NCBI GenBank assembly: GCA_025558095.1
Contig: JAIVFI010000014.1
Span: 1 to 64,000, forward strand
Direction of reading: 5' to 3'
DNA: 64,000 bases
Origin: Hyaloraphidium curvatum SAG 235-1
Taxonomy: Eukaryota > Fungi > Monoblepharomycota
The notes below the pieces were generated by a model. It was not told where the DNA came from and did not search any database. It saw only the letters and a program-made list of their open reading frames with translations. This document shows, one piece after another, positions 43,379 to 52,814 of this stretch. The position numbers and the translations under genes were made by a program. The first letter of the stretch is position 1. The number at the start of each line of letters is the position of its first letter.

Positions 43379-44998
43379 ATGAGATTCGGGCGGCGGTCGC
43401 TGGGGAGGGCCGCCGCCGCGGCGCTCGCCGCCCTTTCGCTGCTCCGCCTCGGCGGGCGGCTCCCCTCGACGCCGGACCCGCCGCCCACGCTCGCGCCCTT
43501 TTGCGCGGCGCCCAACTTTGCGCTGCCCGCGGCGGAGGCCGACACGTTGGCGCGGGCGCACCCCAAGACGCACCGGCCGCTGCTGCTGTTCCGCCGGCGG
43601 ACGTCGTGGTTGCCGGCAGCCCCGGCGCCTGCGCGGAACTGCATCCTGGTGGCCGACCTGTGTGCAGCAGCGCAGTCGGCGCACTCGAACCAGATCGTCG
43701 GCCTGGTCCGGTTCGCCGTGCTGTCGAGGGACGTGCTCGGCTGCCGCGCCGTCGAACCTCTCATGTGCCTCCCTCCGCCGTGGGGCACGCCGCGCTTCCC
43801 CGCGTCGTGGTGGTTCGACCTGGACGGCTGGAAAACGGCCGACGGGCGGAAACTGTTCCTTTCGCCCGAGGAAGCCGTCGCGGCGGGGGTGCCGGAGCGG
43901 CTCGCGGCCCCCGATAGCGCGAAGGACGGAGGAGACGTGCCGGTGCTGCCGTGCCTTGTGGACGCGGTGCAGGCCGCCGTCAGGCCCCTCGGCAAGTACG
44001 CCCGCTCCTTCAACTGCTCCGTCGTCGCCCTAGCCTTCGACCGCCCGGGCTTCGCCGCCGACGCCCTCTCCCTGGGCCACACGAACCGCTCCTCGGACTC
44101 CCCCGCCATCCTCGGCGTCCCGGTACCCTACCACCTCCCCATCCTCGCCCCCGCGCGCCCGTGGGACCCCGACCCCCCGTCCACCTCGGACGCCGCCGCG
44201 CTGGCCAACGACGGGAACCGCATCGATCCCCTGCTCTCCTCGCTCGTCGCCCCGCGCGCCTTCTTCTCCGCCGCGGCATCCGCGCTCCTCGCCCTCTCCG
44301 CCCCGCCGGACTTTCCCCTCCCCCCCGAACTGCACGCCCTCCGCAACGCCTCGGACGCGCAGCTCCTCGCGCACCTCTCCTCCCCGGGTCCCCGCTGCCC
44401 CGAAATGCGGTACCTCTCCGCGCACCTCCGCTCCTCCCCCGAATACCTCGCGCACTGCACCGCGCGCGCCGCGGCCGCCCGCGCCGGCTTCGTGTGCGGC
44501 GCGGACCCGACCTCCTCGCCCGCCGCGATCGCACGCGCGGCGGGCTGCTCCCCGCCTCTCCCCGTGCTCCTCTCCGCGGACCTCAAGGGCGAATCGGGGC
44601 TCGCATCCGCCGTCTCCCTCGCCCTGCGCGCGGAATGCGGCGCCGCCTCCCCCGCGCACGCCGTCGAGATCACCTCCCACCCCGCCGTCCAGGCCCTGTG
44701 GCGGATCGCCATCCTCTCGCACTCGGACGCGCATCCCGACCCGCTCCTCCGGATGCCGGTGGGGGACATCCACCTCCTCGCGTCGTGGATCGCGGGGCAG
44801 GTGCTGCTGGCGTGCGGGGAGCGGTTCCTGGGGAGCAGGAGGACCAGCTTCACGGAGCGCGCGGGGGGGTTGAGGGGGTGGGCGGGGAAGGAGGGGGGTT
44901 GGGGGTATCTGCCGGCGCTGGTGGAGGTGAAGGTGGCGGAGGGCGGGCACGGAGGGAAGGGGAAGGAGAAGGGTGACGGTTCGAGGGGGCGGAAGTGA
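43379..44998 (+). CDS. Type II membrane O-fucosyltransferase-like protein B, copy 1
   Basis: TM anchor; HSNQ motif, YLSAHLR (H-x-R, GDP-fucose binding type), FLGSRRTSFT (cf. F-x-G-T-x-x-S-T-F). Confidence 0.65.
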   Translation: MRFGRRSLGRAAAAALAALSLLRLGGRLPSTPDPPPTLAPFCAAPNFALPAAEADTLARAHPKTHRPLLLFRRRTSWLPAAPAPARNCILVADLCAAAQSAHSNQIVGLVRFAVLSRDVLGCRAVEPLMCLPPPWGTPRFPASWWFDLDGWKTADGRKLFLSPEEAVAAGVPERLAAPDSAKDGGDVPVLPCLVDAVQAAVRPLGKYARSFNCSVVALAFDRPGFAADALSLGHTNRSSDSPAILGVPVPYHLPILAPARPWDPDPPSTSDAAALANDGNRIDPLLSSLVAPRAFFSAAASALLALSAPPDFPLPPELHALRNASDAQLLAHLSSPGPRCPEMRYLSAHLRSSPEYLAHCTARAAAARAGFVCGADPTSSPAAIARAAGCSPPLPVLLSADLKGESGLASAVSLALRAECGAASPAHAVEITSHPAVQALWRIAILSHSDAHPDPLLRMPVGDIHLLASWIAGQVLLACGERFLGSRRTSFTERAGGLRGWAGKEGGWGYLPALVEVKVAEGGHGGKGKEKGDGSRGRK

Positions 44999-45693
44999 CC
45001 GAGATCTCCTGTGCCGTGGAAGAGAAGACGGCCTTGAAGAGGGTCTGAGCAAAACCCACTGTGCCGTGAAGCTCAAGAGTCCGTCAAGGAGCTCCCCCTC
45101 CCGTGCCCTGTGACTCTGCCCGACAACACTAGCTATGCCATCCAGTCCTCCGTTTGCGAATCCACCGTAGTCAACGGCCAATTTGTCGCACTCATAGCCC
45201 TGTGCCCCTCATCCGTAGCACACGACCCCTCATCCGCTATCCAATCCTCACCTGTGGCCCCCCGCCCAAACACCTCCGCGGTTCCCCTTCATCACGCAAC
45301 CGCTCGCTCTTTCCAGCGCCCTCTACAGTGCCCTCTGCAGTGCCCTCTGCAGCGCCGGACGGTCCGCACGTTGGTGCTGCTCGCGTGCGGCGACGGGTTT
45401 TCAGGAAGGTGCGGGCGGATCCCGGTGGCCGTTTCCGCGCCGCCGAAGCCGAGATCCAGTCTTGTAACAAGTCCGGTCCGGGGACAGGCATGCGGGATCG
45501 AAGCCGCCTGTTTCCAAACATTCAAGTTGCAGCCGAGCACCTCACTTGCGGCACCTCCGGTCCACAGCGGATGCCGCAAGCTGACGATGCCGCAGCTGTG
45601 CCGGGGTCCAGACTGCTGTGGTGGCCAAGTCCGGAGGGCGCCGAAATAAAATGAAGGTTCTGGCGGCAACAATCCCGCCGAGAGCGCACGACC

Positions 45694-47105
45694 ATGGCGA
45701 AGCTCGCCCCCGCCCTGCTCTGCTGCGCCTTGCTCGCGTTGGAGCTCGCCCGGCCGGCGCTGGGCGCGACGCAGTTTGTCGCGGCGCCGCCGTGGTGCGT
45801 CCGGACGTCGGCGAAGCGGGTCGGCGATGCTGACGGTTGCCGTCCATTCGATCCAGCTGCGCCGGCTGTGCGGACACAAAGTACCTCCCCGCTCCGTGCT
45901 GTACGTGCCGTCCGCAGACCCTCGCATTGCTGGTGCTGACCGGCGGCGACGCGCCACAGGCTGCCTCTCCGTGCCGCCGACGACCGCCACGCGCTTCTGG
46001 ACGATATCGGTCTCCACCACTTCGGTGGTTCTGACCACGACCACGGTGACGAATGCGCCGCTGCGGAGGAGGAGGGCCGCGGCGGCGGATGGCGGCCCGG
46101 AGGCGGTGGAGGTGGCTGCGGCACCCGCTCGCGGGCTGCCGAGGTCACTTGCCCCCGAGCCCGAGCCCGGGATGCCGCAAGCCATCTCGGTGCCGCCGCG
46201 CGCGGGTTCGGGCAGCTGGTTCGGCCGGCGCGCCACGGACATCTGCTCGCTCTGCCCCGGCGGCGCTTCGGTCAGCACGAGCCTCGCCGGGCTGCAGTCC
46301 GGCTCGGACCCGGTCGAGTTCTGCTGCACGCGGCGCACGGTGACCTCGTTCCGCGCCACCGTGTTGACGAGGACCTTCACGACCACGCGGGTGGTGACCA
46401 AGGTCGTGTCGGCGACGGCGACGGGGACGACGGTGCGCATCCATGCTCGGGTCCGGGTGCGAGCTGATCTCCGTTCACGCTTTAGACCGCTACCCGGACG
46501 TCCACCACGCGGACGACGAGCAACACGCGCACCTCGACGAGCCGGACGGCCACCAACACCCGGTCGCGCACGCAGACGGCGTCGACATCGGCGACGGTCA
46601 CGCCCCAGACGTCGACCACGCGGCCACCGGCGCCGCCAAAGGTCGATCCGGGCGCTCCCGGTGCTTCGACCACAGCCGGAACGGAGACGACGGGGGTTGC
46701 GGCAACGGAACAGCGAGCCACCAAGGAGACGCCCCCCGCGACTGACGCCCAGACCACCACGGAAGCCGTCACGACCACTGTGAGCGGCGCTTGCACATCC
46801 TCCGAATCATCAGCCTGACGATTCGGCAGGAAACCGCGACGGCGACGCTCCCCGGCGGCGACCTCCTCACCCCGTTCCCCACCCTCACCGGCGAGCCCCC
46901 CGTCGAAGCCTGCGCCTTCGGCCCCGACGGCGGCAGCCTCTGCGAGGGCTGCTGCGGATTCGGCGTCACCGACATCCTCGACATCCAGCTGCGGTGCTTC
47001 GGCTTCGCGCAGCAGAACGAGCGCGCGTGCGGGGCGCGCGGCGGACGGTGCAGGAGCTGCGGGGCGGGGGAGGCGTGCGTGCAGGGGTTGTGCCGGGCCG
47101 TGTGA
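45694..47105 (+). CDS. Secreted Thr-rich mucin-like protein with Cys-rich modules; ~4 introns
   Basis: Signal peptide MAKLAPALLCCALLALELARPALG; long Thr/Ser tracts; C-terminal Cys-rich domain ending CVQGLCRAV. Confidence 0.65.
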
Positions 47106-47266
47106 TGCGGCGCGGCGGATGGATGGAGGCGGCCTGGATGGAGGCAGCGCGCACTAGAGTTCAGATCTCGCACGCTGATGATGGGTCACGTGACGTCGAG
47201 GGATCTCCCGCAGAGCCCTATACTGTCTTTTGGGAAGAGCCCCGCCGGCGGGGTTCTTTTCCGCGG

Positions 47267-48172
47267 ATGGCGGCGCCGCCTGTCCTCCGCGCCGCGCTCG
47301 CCGTGCTTTGTGCCGCCGCGTGTGCCGCACTGCTCATCCTTTGCGGCATGCGGGCCGGGGGCTCCGCGCCGGCCCCGCCGGGGGTGGTGCCGCCGCGCGA
47401 CGCCGCGCGGTGGCTCGTCGAGCTGCCGGTCGACCCGAACGGCGACGGCCGCGCGGACCGCTGGCCGCTGCCTGCGCTGCTCGCCGCGGGCCTCCCGCCG
47501 CGGTTCACCGCGGCCGATGGCGGCATCCGCCTGCGCGCGCCCGTCGACGGCGCGCGCTCGCGCACGTCGCGCTTCGTGCGCTGCGAGCTGCGCGAGTCGG
47601 CGCCGCTGCCCGGCCGCGCCGCGGGCGCCGCGCGGGAGAGCCAGCCGCGGAGCACCAGGGCGCCGGACTGGCCGTGCGTGACCTCGTCGCGGGCGATGCG
47701 GGTGGAGCTGGCGGTGCTCGCGGTGCCGACCAACTCGCCCCGCGTCATCGTCATCGTCGCGCAGCTGCACGACCTCGAGTCCGACCTCGTGCACGCCCAG
47801 TACCGCGGGAGGGGCGGCGGCGTCGGCCGGGGCCGCGTCGAGCTGGCAGTCAACAACGGCCGGCAGCGCACGTCCCTGGACGACGACTACGCGCTCGGCG
47901 ACACCCTGCGGCTGGAGCTCGAGCTCGATCGAGGCGATCTCCGCGTGGGGTACCTCAACACGCGCACCGGCCGCGGCGCGAACAGGACGCGGCGGTTCCG
48001 CATCGACCCCGGGCTCGTCGTCGGCGGCTGCTTCTTCAAGACCGGCTGCTACGTGCAGGCGTACAGCTACAACCGGACATACGGCGGGATCCGCGTGCCG
48101 GCTCTCGTGGACGACCCCGAGGCGTTTGCCGAGGTGCTGCTGAAGAGGGTCAGGCTGGGGGGCTTGCGTTGA
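47267..48172 (+). CDS. Polysaccharide lyase family 7 (alginate/glucuronan lyase-like) with N-terminal signal/anchor
   Basis: RCELRE (cf. RSELRE), AQLH (cf. QIH), FFKTGCYVQ (cf. YFKAGxYxQ); intronless. Confidence 0.82.
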   Translation: MAAPPVLRAALAVLCAAACAALLILCGMRAGGSAPAPPGVVPPRDAARWLVELPVDPNGDGRADRWPLPALLAAGLPPRFTAADGGIRLRAPVDGARSRTSRFVRCELRESAPLPGRAAGAARESQPRSTRAPDWPCVTSSRAMRVELAVLAVPTNSPRVIVIVAQLHDLESDLVHAQYRGRGGGVGRGRVELAVNNGRQRTSLDDDYALGDTLRLELELDRGDLRVGYLNTRTGRGANRTRRFRIDPGLVVGGCFFKTGCYVQAYSYNRTYGGIRVPALVDDPEAFAEVLLKRVRLGGLR

Positions 48173-48548
48173 CCGTACCACCCGGCCCTTCCCAATGGCA
48201 GTTACGGAGGTTGAGGATGCCCGATCCAACTCGTCACAACGTCCTGCCGGACATGCACCGCGATGATCCCCACCGGCTCCGGCGGGAAGCCCGGGATCGA
48301 TCCCCTTTCCGCCCCGTCGTCGCAGCCATCGCCGCCCGCATCCCCGTGGACGACCCACCGACGCATCGCCCGAGCCAGTCTCCGCCATCCCGAAACCCGT
48401 CCCGGATGGTCTCGAGCCGCCTTGTCCTCCGGACGCCGTGGCCGCCGGGGATCGGAGCGGAGCAATCCCGGGAAGCCCAGCGCACCGCCACGCGTCCGTG
48501 CGTTCCGACCCCCCCCGACACGCCTCCTCGTGCCAGACACCGGCCGCG

Positions 48549-49124
48549 ATGCCGGGCACCCCCGGCCCCTCCGCGACGGGGGACACCGCTCTCGCCCCGT
48601 TCCGCGCGTTCGACCCGTCCCGCGCCGCGTGGGTCTCCCCCGACGGGCTCCCCGCGGCCGCGCGCGCGCTGCTCGTGCATTCGGGGACGATGACCGCGCG
48701 GCTGCGGGCGCACCACGGGGAGGACATCGCGATCGCCGTCGTGCGCGCGGCCCCGGTCGAGGCGGGGGAGGGGAGGCTGCTCCGCGCGTCGTTGCTAAGG
48801 GGAACGGAGACGGGCAGGCCGCTGGAGCTCGGGTTCCTGGACGTCCGGACCGATCTTTTGCCCCCGAGGGCGCAGGAAATGGCAGTGCAGGCAGAGGTGC
48901 CGTTCGGCGCGGTCCTCGTTGGGCAGGGGGTGCCGCACTCGTGCCATCCGGGGGGGTACTTCGCGTTGGAGGCGGGCGCGTGGGTGGCGGGGTTGCTGGG
49001 GGCGAAGGAGGGGGAACTGCTTTACGGGAGGTGCAACGTGATCAGGACGGGGGAGGGGGAGGTGCTGGCCGAGGTGGTGGAGGTGCTGCCGCCCGAGCGG
49101 CCGGACGCGGGCTCGGAGGATTGA
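48549..49124 (+). CDS. Chorismate lyase (UbiC/DUF98)-like fold protein
   Basis: LLVHSGTMTARL, LLRASLL, VPFGAVL, LYGRCNVI, VVEVLPP follow the chorismate-lyase-like pattern. Confidence 0.6.
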   Translation: MPGTPGPSATGDTALAPFRAFDPSRAAWVSPDGLPAAARALLVHSGTMTARLRAHHGEDIAIAVVRAAPVEAGEGRLLRASLLRGTETGRPLELGFLDVRTDLLPPRAQEMAVQAEVPFGAVLVGQGVPHSCHPGGYFALEAGAWVAGLLGAKEGELLYGRCNVIRTGEGEVLAEVVEVLPPERPDAGSED

Positions 49125-49213
49125 GGCGGGAGGGTGGGCTACGGAGCATGGGAAGGGGAACTTCTTCGCGGAGATTTTGGGAACCTTGAGCTTCACGGTG
49201 GAGTAGATCTTGC

Positions 49214-50884
49214 TCAGACCTTCTTCACGACTGTCGGCACGGTGGATCTCGGTAATTTCCTCCCCTTCGACCCCTCCCCCTTCTTCTTCCCCTTCCCTCC
49301 GTGCCCGCCCTCCCCCAACTTCACCTCCACCAGCGCCGGCAGATACCCCCAACCCCCCTCCTTCCCCGCCCACCCCCTCAACCCCCCCGCCCGCTCCGTG
49401 AAGCTGGTCCTCCTGCTCCCCAGGAACCGCTCCCCGCACGCCAGCAGCACCTGCCCCGCGATCCACGACGCGAGGAGGTGGATGTCCCCCACCGGCATCC
49501 GGAGGAGCGGGTCGGGATGCGCGTCCGAGTGCGAGAGGATGGCGATCCGCCACAGGGCCTGGACGGCGGGGGGGGAGGTGATCTCGACGGCGTGCGCGGG
49601 GGAGGCGGCGCCGCATTCCGCGCGCAGGGCGAGGGAGACGGCGGATGCGAGCCCCGATTCGCCCTTGAGGTCCGCGGAGAGGAGCACGGGGAGAGGCGGG
49701 GAGCAGCCCGCCGCGCGTGCGATCACGGCGGGCGAGGAGGCCGGGTCCGCGCCGCACACGAAGCCGGCGCGGGCGGCCGCGGCGCGCGCGGTGCAGTGCG
49801 CGAGGTATTCGGGGGAGGAGCGGAGGTGCGCGGAGAGGTACCGCATTTCGGGGCACCGGGGCGGCGCGGGCGAGGAGAGGAGCGCGAGGAGCTGCGCGTC
49901 CGAGGCGTTGCGGAGGGTGTGCAGTTCGGGGGGGAGGGGAAAGTCCGGCGGGGCGGAGAGGGCGAGGAGCGCGGATGCCGCGGCGGAGAAGAAGGCGCGC
50001 GGGGCGACGAGCGAGGAGAGCAGGGGATCGATGCGGTTCCCGTCGTTGGCCAGCGCGGCGGCGTACGAGGTGGACGGGGGGTCGGGGTCCCACGGGCGCG
50101 CGGGGGCGAGGATGGGGAGGTGGTAGGGTACCGGGACGCCGAGGATGGCGGGGGAGTCCGAGGAGCGGTTCGTGTGGCCCAGGGAGAGGGCGTCGGCGGC
50201 GAAGCCCGGGCGGTCGAAGGCTAGGGCGACGACGGAGCAGTTGAAGGATCGGGCGCACTTGTCCACCGGCCTGACGGCGGCCTGCACCGCGTCCACCAGG
50301 CACGGCAGCACCGGCACGTCTCCTCCGTCCTTTGCGCGATCGGGTGCCACGAGCCTTTCGGGCACCCCCGCCGCTATGGCCTCCTCCGCCGACAGGAACA
50401 AGTCCCGCCCTTTGGAAGCCTTCCAGCCGCCCAGGTCAAAGAACCACGACGCCGGGAAGCGGGGTGTCCCCCATTGCGGCGGGAGGCACATCATTGGTTC
50501 CGCGGCGCGGCAGCCCAGCACGTCCCTCGCCAGCACGGCGAACCGGACCAGGCCGACTATCTGGTTCGAGTGCGCCGACTGCGCTGCTGCACACAGGTCG
50601 GCCACCAGGATGCAGGGCCGTGGAGCGGCGGGGGCGGCCGGCAGCCACGACGTCCGCCGGCGGAACAGCAGCAGCGGCCGGTGCCTCTTTGCGTGCGCCC
50701 GCGCCAACGCGTCGGCCTCCGCCGCGGACAGCGCAAAATTGGGCGCCGCGAGGAACGGCGCGAGCGAGGCCGGCGCGGCCGGCGGAAGCCCGGGGGCGCG
50801 GATCCGCGCGGCCGCCGCGAGCACGGAGAGGGCCGCAAGCACAAAAGCGCCCGCCCTCCGGATCTTCCGGAACGGCATCCGCAT
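49214..50884 (-). CDS. Type II membrane O-fucosyltransferase-like protein B, copy 2
   Basis: Paralogue of 43379-44998 with the same motifs; C-terminus about 13 aa longer. Confidence 0.65.
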   Translation of the reverse strand: MRMPFRKIRRAGAFVLAALSVLAAAARIRAPGLPPAAPASLAPFLAAPNFALSAAEADALARAHAKRHRPLLLFRRRTSWLPAAPAAPRPCILVADLCAAAQSAHSNQIVGLVRFAVLARDVLGCRAAEPMMCLPPQWGTPRFPASWFFDLGGWKASKGRDLFLSAEEAIAAGVPERLVAPDRAKDGGDVPVLPCLVDAVQAAVRPVDKCARSFNCSVVALAFDRPGFAADALSLGHTNRSSDSPAILGVPVPYHLPILAPARPWDPDPPSTSYAAALANDGNRIDPLLSSLVAPRAFFSAAASALLALSAPPDFPLPPELHTLRNASDAQLLALLSSPAPPRCPEMRYLSAHLRSSPEYLAHCTARAAAARAGFVCGADPASSPAVIARAAGCSPPLPVLLSADLKGESGLASAVSLALRAECGAASPAHAVEITSPPAVQALWRIAILSHSDAHPDPLLRMPVGDIHLLASWIAGQVLLACGERFLGSRRTSFTERAGGLRGWAGKEGGWGYLPALVEVKLGEGGHGGKGKKKGEGSKGRKLPRSTVPTVVKKV

Positions 50885-51045
50885 CGCGGCGGCCGCGCTC
50901 CATGCGCGGGAAGGTGCGGAGTTGCCCGGGGTGGCGCATGGACGCACGGATCAGCAGGGGATCGCCAGCCGCCCGCCGGCCGCACAAGGACGCAACGGGG
51001 GATCAACAACAGGGGATCGTTCGCGCACCCGCACGGTTCCCGAAG

Positions 51046-52260
51046 ATGTCGCCCGTCCCCAGACGCCGCGCGCTCCGGGCGGTAGCAGCGGTCTTTGCCC
51101 TCGCCGCCGGCCTCCTGTCCGTCCTCGGCCCGGCGAGGCCGCCGTGGCGGGTCGCCGTCGTCAACGGCAACAAGTCCCACCAAAACGGCTACGCCGCGCT
51201 CCTGTATGCGCTCTCGACATTCGACCGGCCCCCGGAAACGGTCCTGTTCCGCCGCCCGCCCTCGTTCGGCATCGCCTCGGTCACCGCCCCCTGGTTTTCC
51301 GGCCGCACGCACCACTACAAGGCCTTCTTCAACCGCTCGTGCGAGTTCGACGTCGCGATATTCGGCACCGCCCCCTTCGACGCGCGGCATCCCTTTTTGC
51401 ACGAGGAGCAGGCCGCGGCGCTGGCCAGCTGCACGCGGACGGGCCGGCTGCGCTCCGTCTTCATCGTGCACAACGCGGACACCTTCTCCTCCTCGCCCAG
51501 GGCGGGGGAGCTTCTGAGGAGTTTCCAGCCCGCGACGGTGCTCACCGTCGGCCCGCACACCGCCGCTGCGGTCCGCGCCGACATGCGCCGCCTCGGCCTG
51601 CCCGGCGCCGATTCCGTGGACTACTTCGTCACGGCATCCCCGGCCATCGATCCCGGCCGCGGGCTGGAACAGCGCAGCGGCCTGGTGGTCCAGGGCAAGC
51701 TGGACACGGGGAGGAGGGACTACTACCCCACCATCTTTGACGGCGCCCGGAACCTCCCCAACGGCAGCATCCTGCTCCCCATCCGCCTCCTGGGCCGCGC
51801 CGAGCCCACCAACTCGACGGGCTACCTCCCCCTCCCGCCCGATCTCCTCGAATCGGGCCGCATCCGCGCCCGCTTCGCCTCGGAGCCGGCCGACTTCCCC
51901 GAGTTCTACTGGTCCCTCGGCCGCGGGGTGGCCATCCTCCCCGCCTTTGCCCGCGGAGCCGGCTACTCGAGCCTCAAATCATCCTCCACGGGGCCGGCGT
52001 CCCTGATCGCCCTCACGCCGCTGGTCGCCTCCGCCGAGCTCCTCCGGACGTACGCTTACCTCCCGGGGGAGGCGACGCTGCGGAGCGAGGACGGCACGGT
52101 GGAGGGCGCCGCGAGGGCGCTGGAACGCGCGGACTACCCGGCGGTGCTGGGGGCGCTGGAGAAAGCCAGGGGGTGCGTGATGCGGAGGAACAGGGAGGTG
52201 CTCAGGCGGGCTGTGCAGGGGCGGAAGGGGGAGCCGCTGCCGGATCGGTACTGCGGGTGA
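51046..52260 (+). CDS. Type II membrane putative glycosyltransferase-like protein A, copy 2
   Basis: Paralogue of 41969-43216. Confidence 0.65.
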   Translation: MSPVPRRRALRAVAAVFALAAGLLSVLGPARPPWRVAVVNGNKSHQNGYAALLYALSTFDRPPETVLFRRPPSFGIASVTAPWFSGRTHHYKAFFNRSCEFDVAIFGTAPFDARHPFLHEEQAAALASCTRTGRLRSVFIVHNADTFSSSPRAGELLRSFQPATVLTVGPHTAAAVRADMRRLGLPGADSVDYFVTASPAIDPGRGLEQRSGLVVQGKLDTGRRDYYPTIFDGARNLPNGSILLPIRLLGRAEPTNSTGYLPLPPDLLESGRIRARFASEPADFPEFYWSLGRGVAILPAFARGAGYSSLKSSSTGPASLIALTPLVASAELLRTYAYLPGEATLRSEDGTVEGAARALERADYPAVLGALEKARGCVMRRNREVLRRAVQGRKGEPLPDRYCG

Positions 52261-52814
52261 GGCACGGGATGTTGTTCACGAGCCGGCTCTCGCGGCACGC
52301 CGAGTAACTCAGCGCTTACCAAGGCCGCAAGGCTGCCTCGGGATGTGAAACGACTGTCGATCTGGATCTGTCGGCCTGCTCGACCGGTGGGTTCCAGCGG
52401 GGCGACAGAAGGGGCACAATGTCAGGACGCACGCGGGGTCCGATCGCCCTTCCGCGCATCTGCCGCTGGTCCCGTCGCTGCTGGGCCCTAGGCAACCGAT
52501 CCTGACTACGACGGGCGAATGAACACCGGCACCGTGCGGCGTGCAAACCTGCCGGGAACGGGGAAATCAAATTCGCTGACGAGACCCACAAGAACCGCCT
52601 ACCGACACAAGCCAAATTAGCCGAAGAAGCACTCCGATGGAAGCCATCAAAAGATCATCCGTGTTTGGCACGGCACGGCAGATCCCCGGCGCGGAAGATT
52701 AGAAGATGGAGAGTGGCCGCTAAGGCCCGCTCCCCAAATCCTGCACAGCCCGGGAGACAACACATTTTAGCACGTCGCAAGCGGGCCCCTGAAGCGTACA
52801 AGCAGACAGCAACG

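Larger units (their letters stand above)
41969..45113. repeat. Left arm of ~3.1-kb inverted duplication
   Basis: Reverse-complement match to 49138-52260; near-identical over ~44005-44930. Confidence 0.92.
49138..52260. repeat. Right arm of ~3.1-kb inverted duplication
   Basis: Reverse-complement match to 41969-45113. Confidence 0.92.

Noticed and set aside
40358-44998. 1546-aa ORF as a single giant protein
   Set aside because: Its first ~1000 codons are an off-frame shadow of the 7TM gene and antisense to gene A1 (Arg/Pro/Gly-rich); only 43379-44998 matches paralogue B2
41969-52260. Composite DNA transposon with long terminal inverted repeats
   Set aside because: The arms are cellular-type genes; no transposase or target-site duplication; outer homology ends at stop codons
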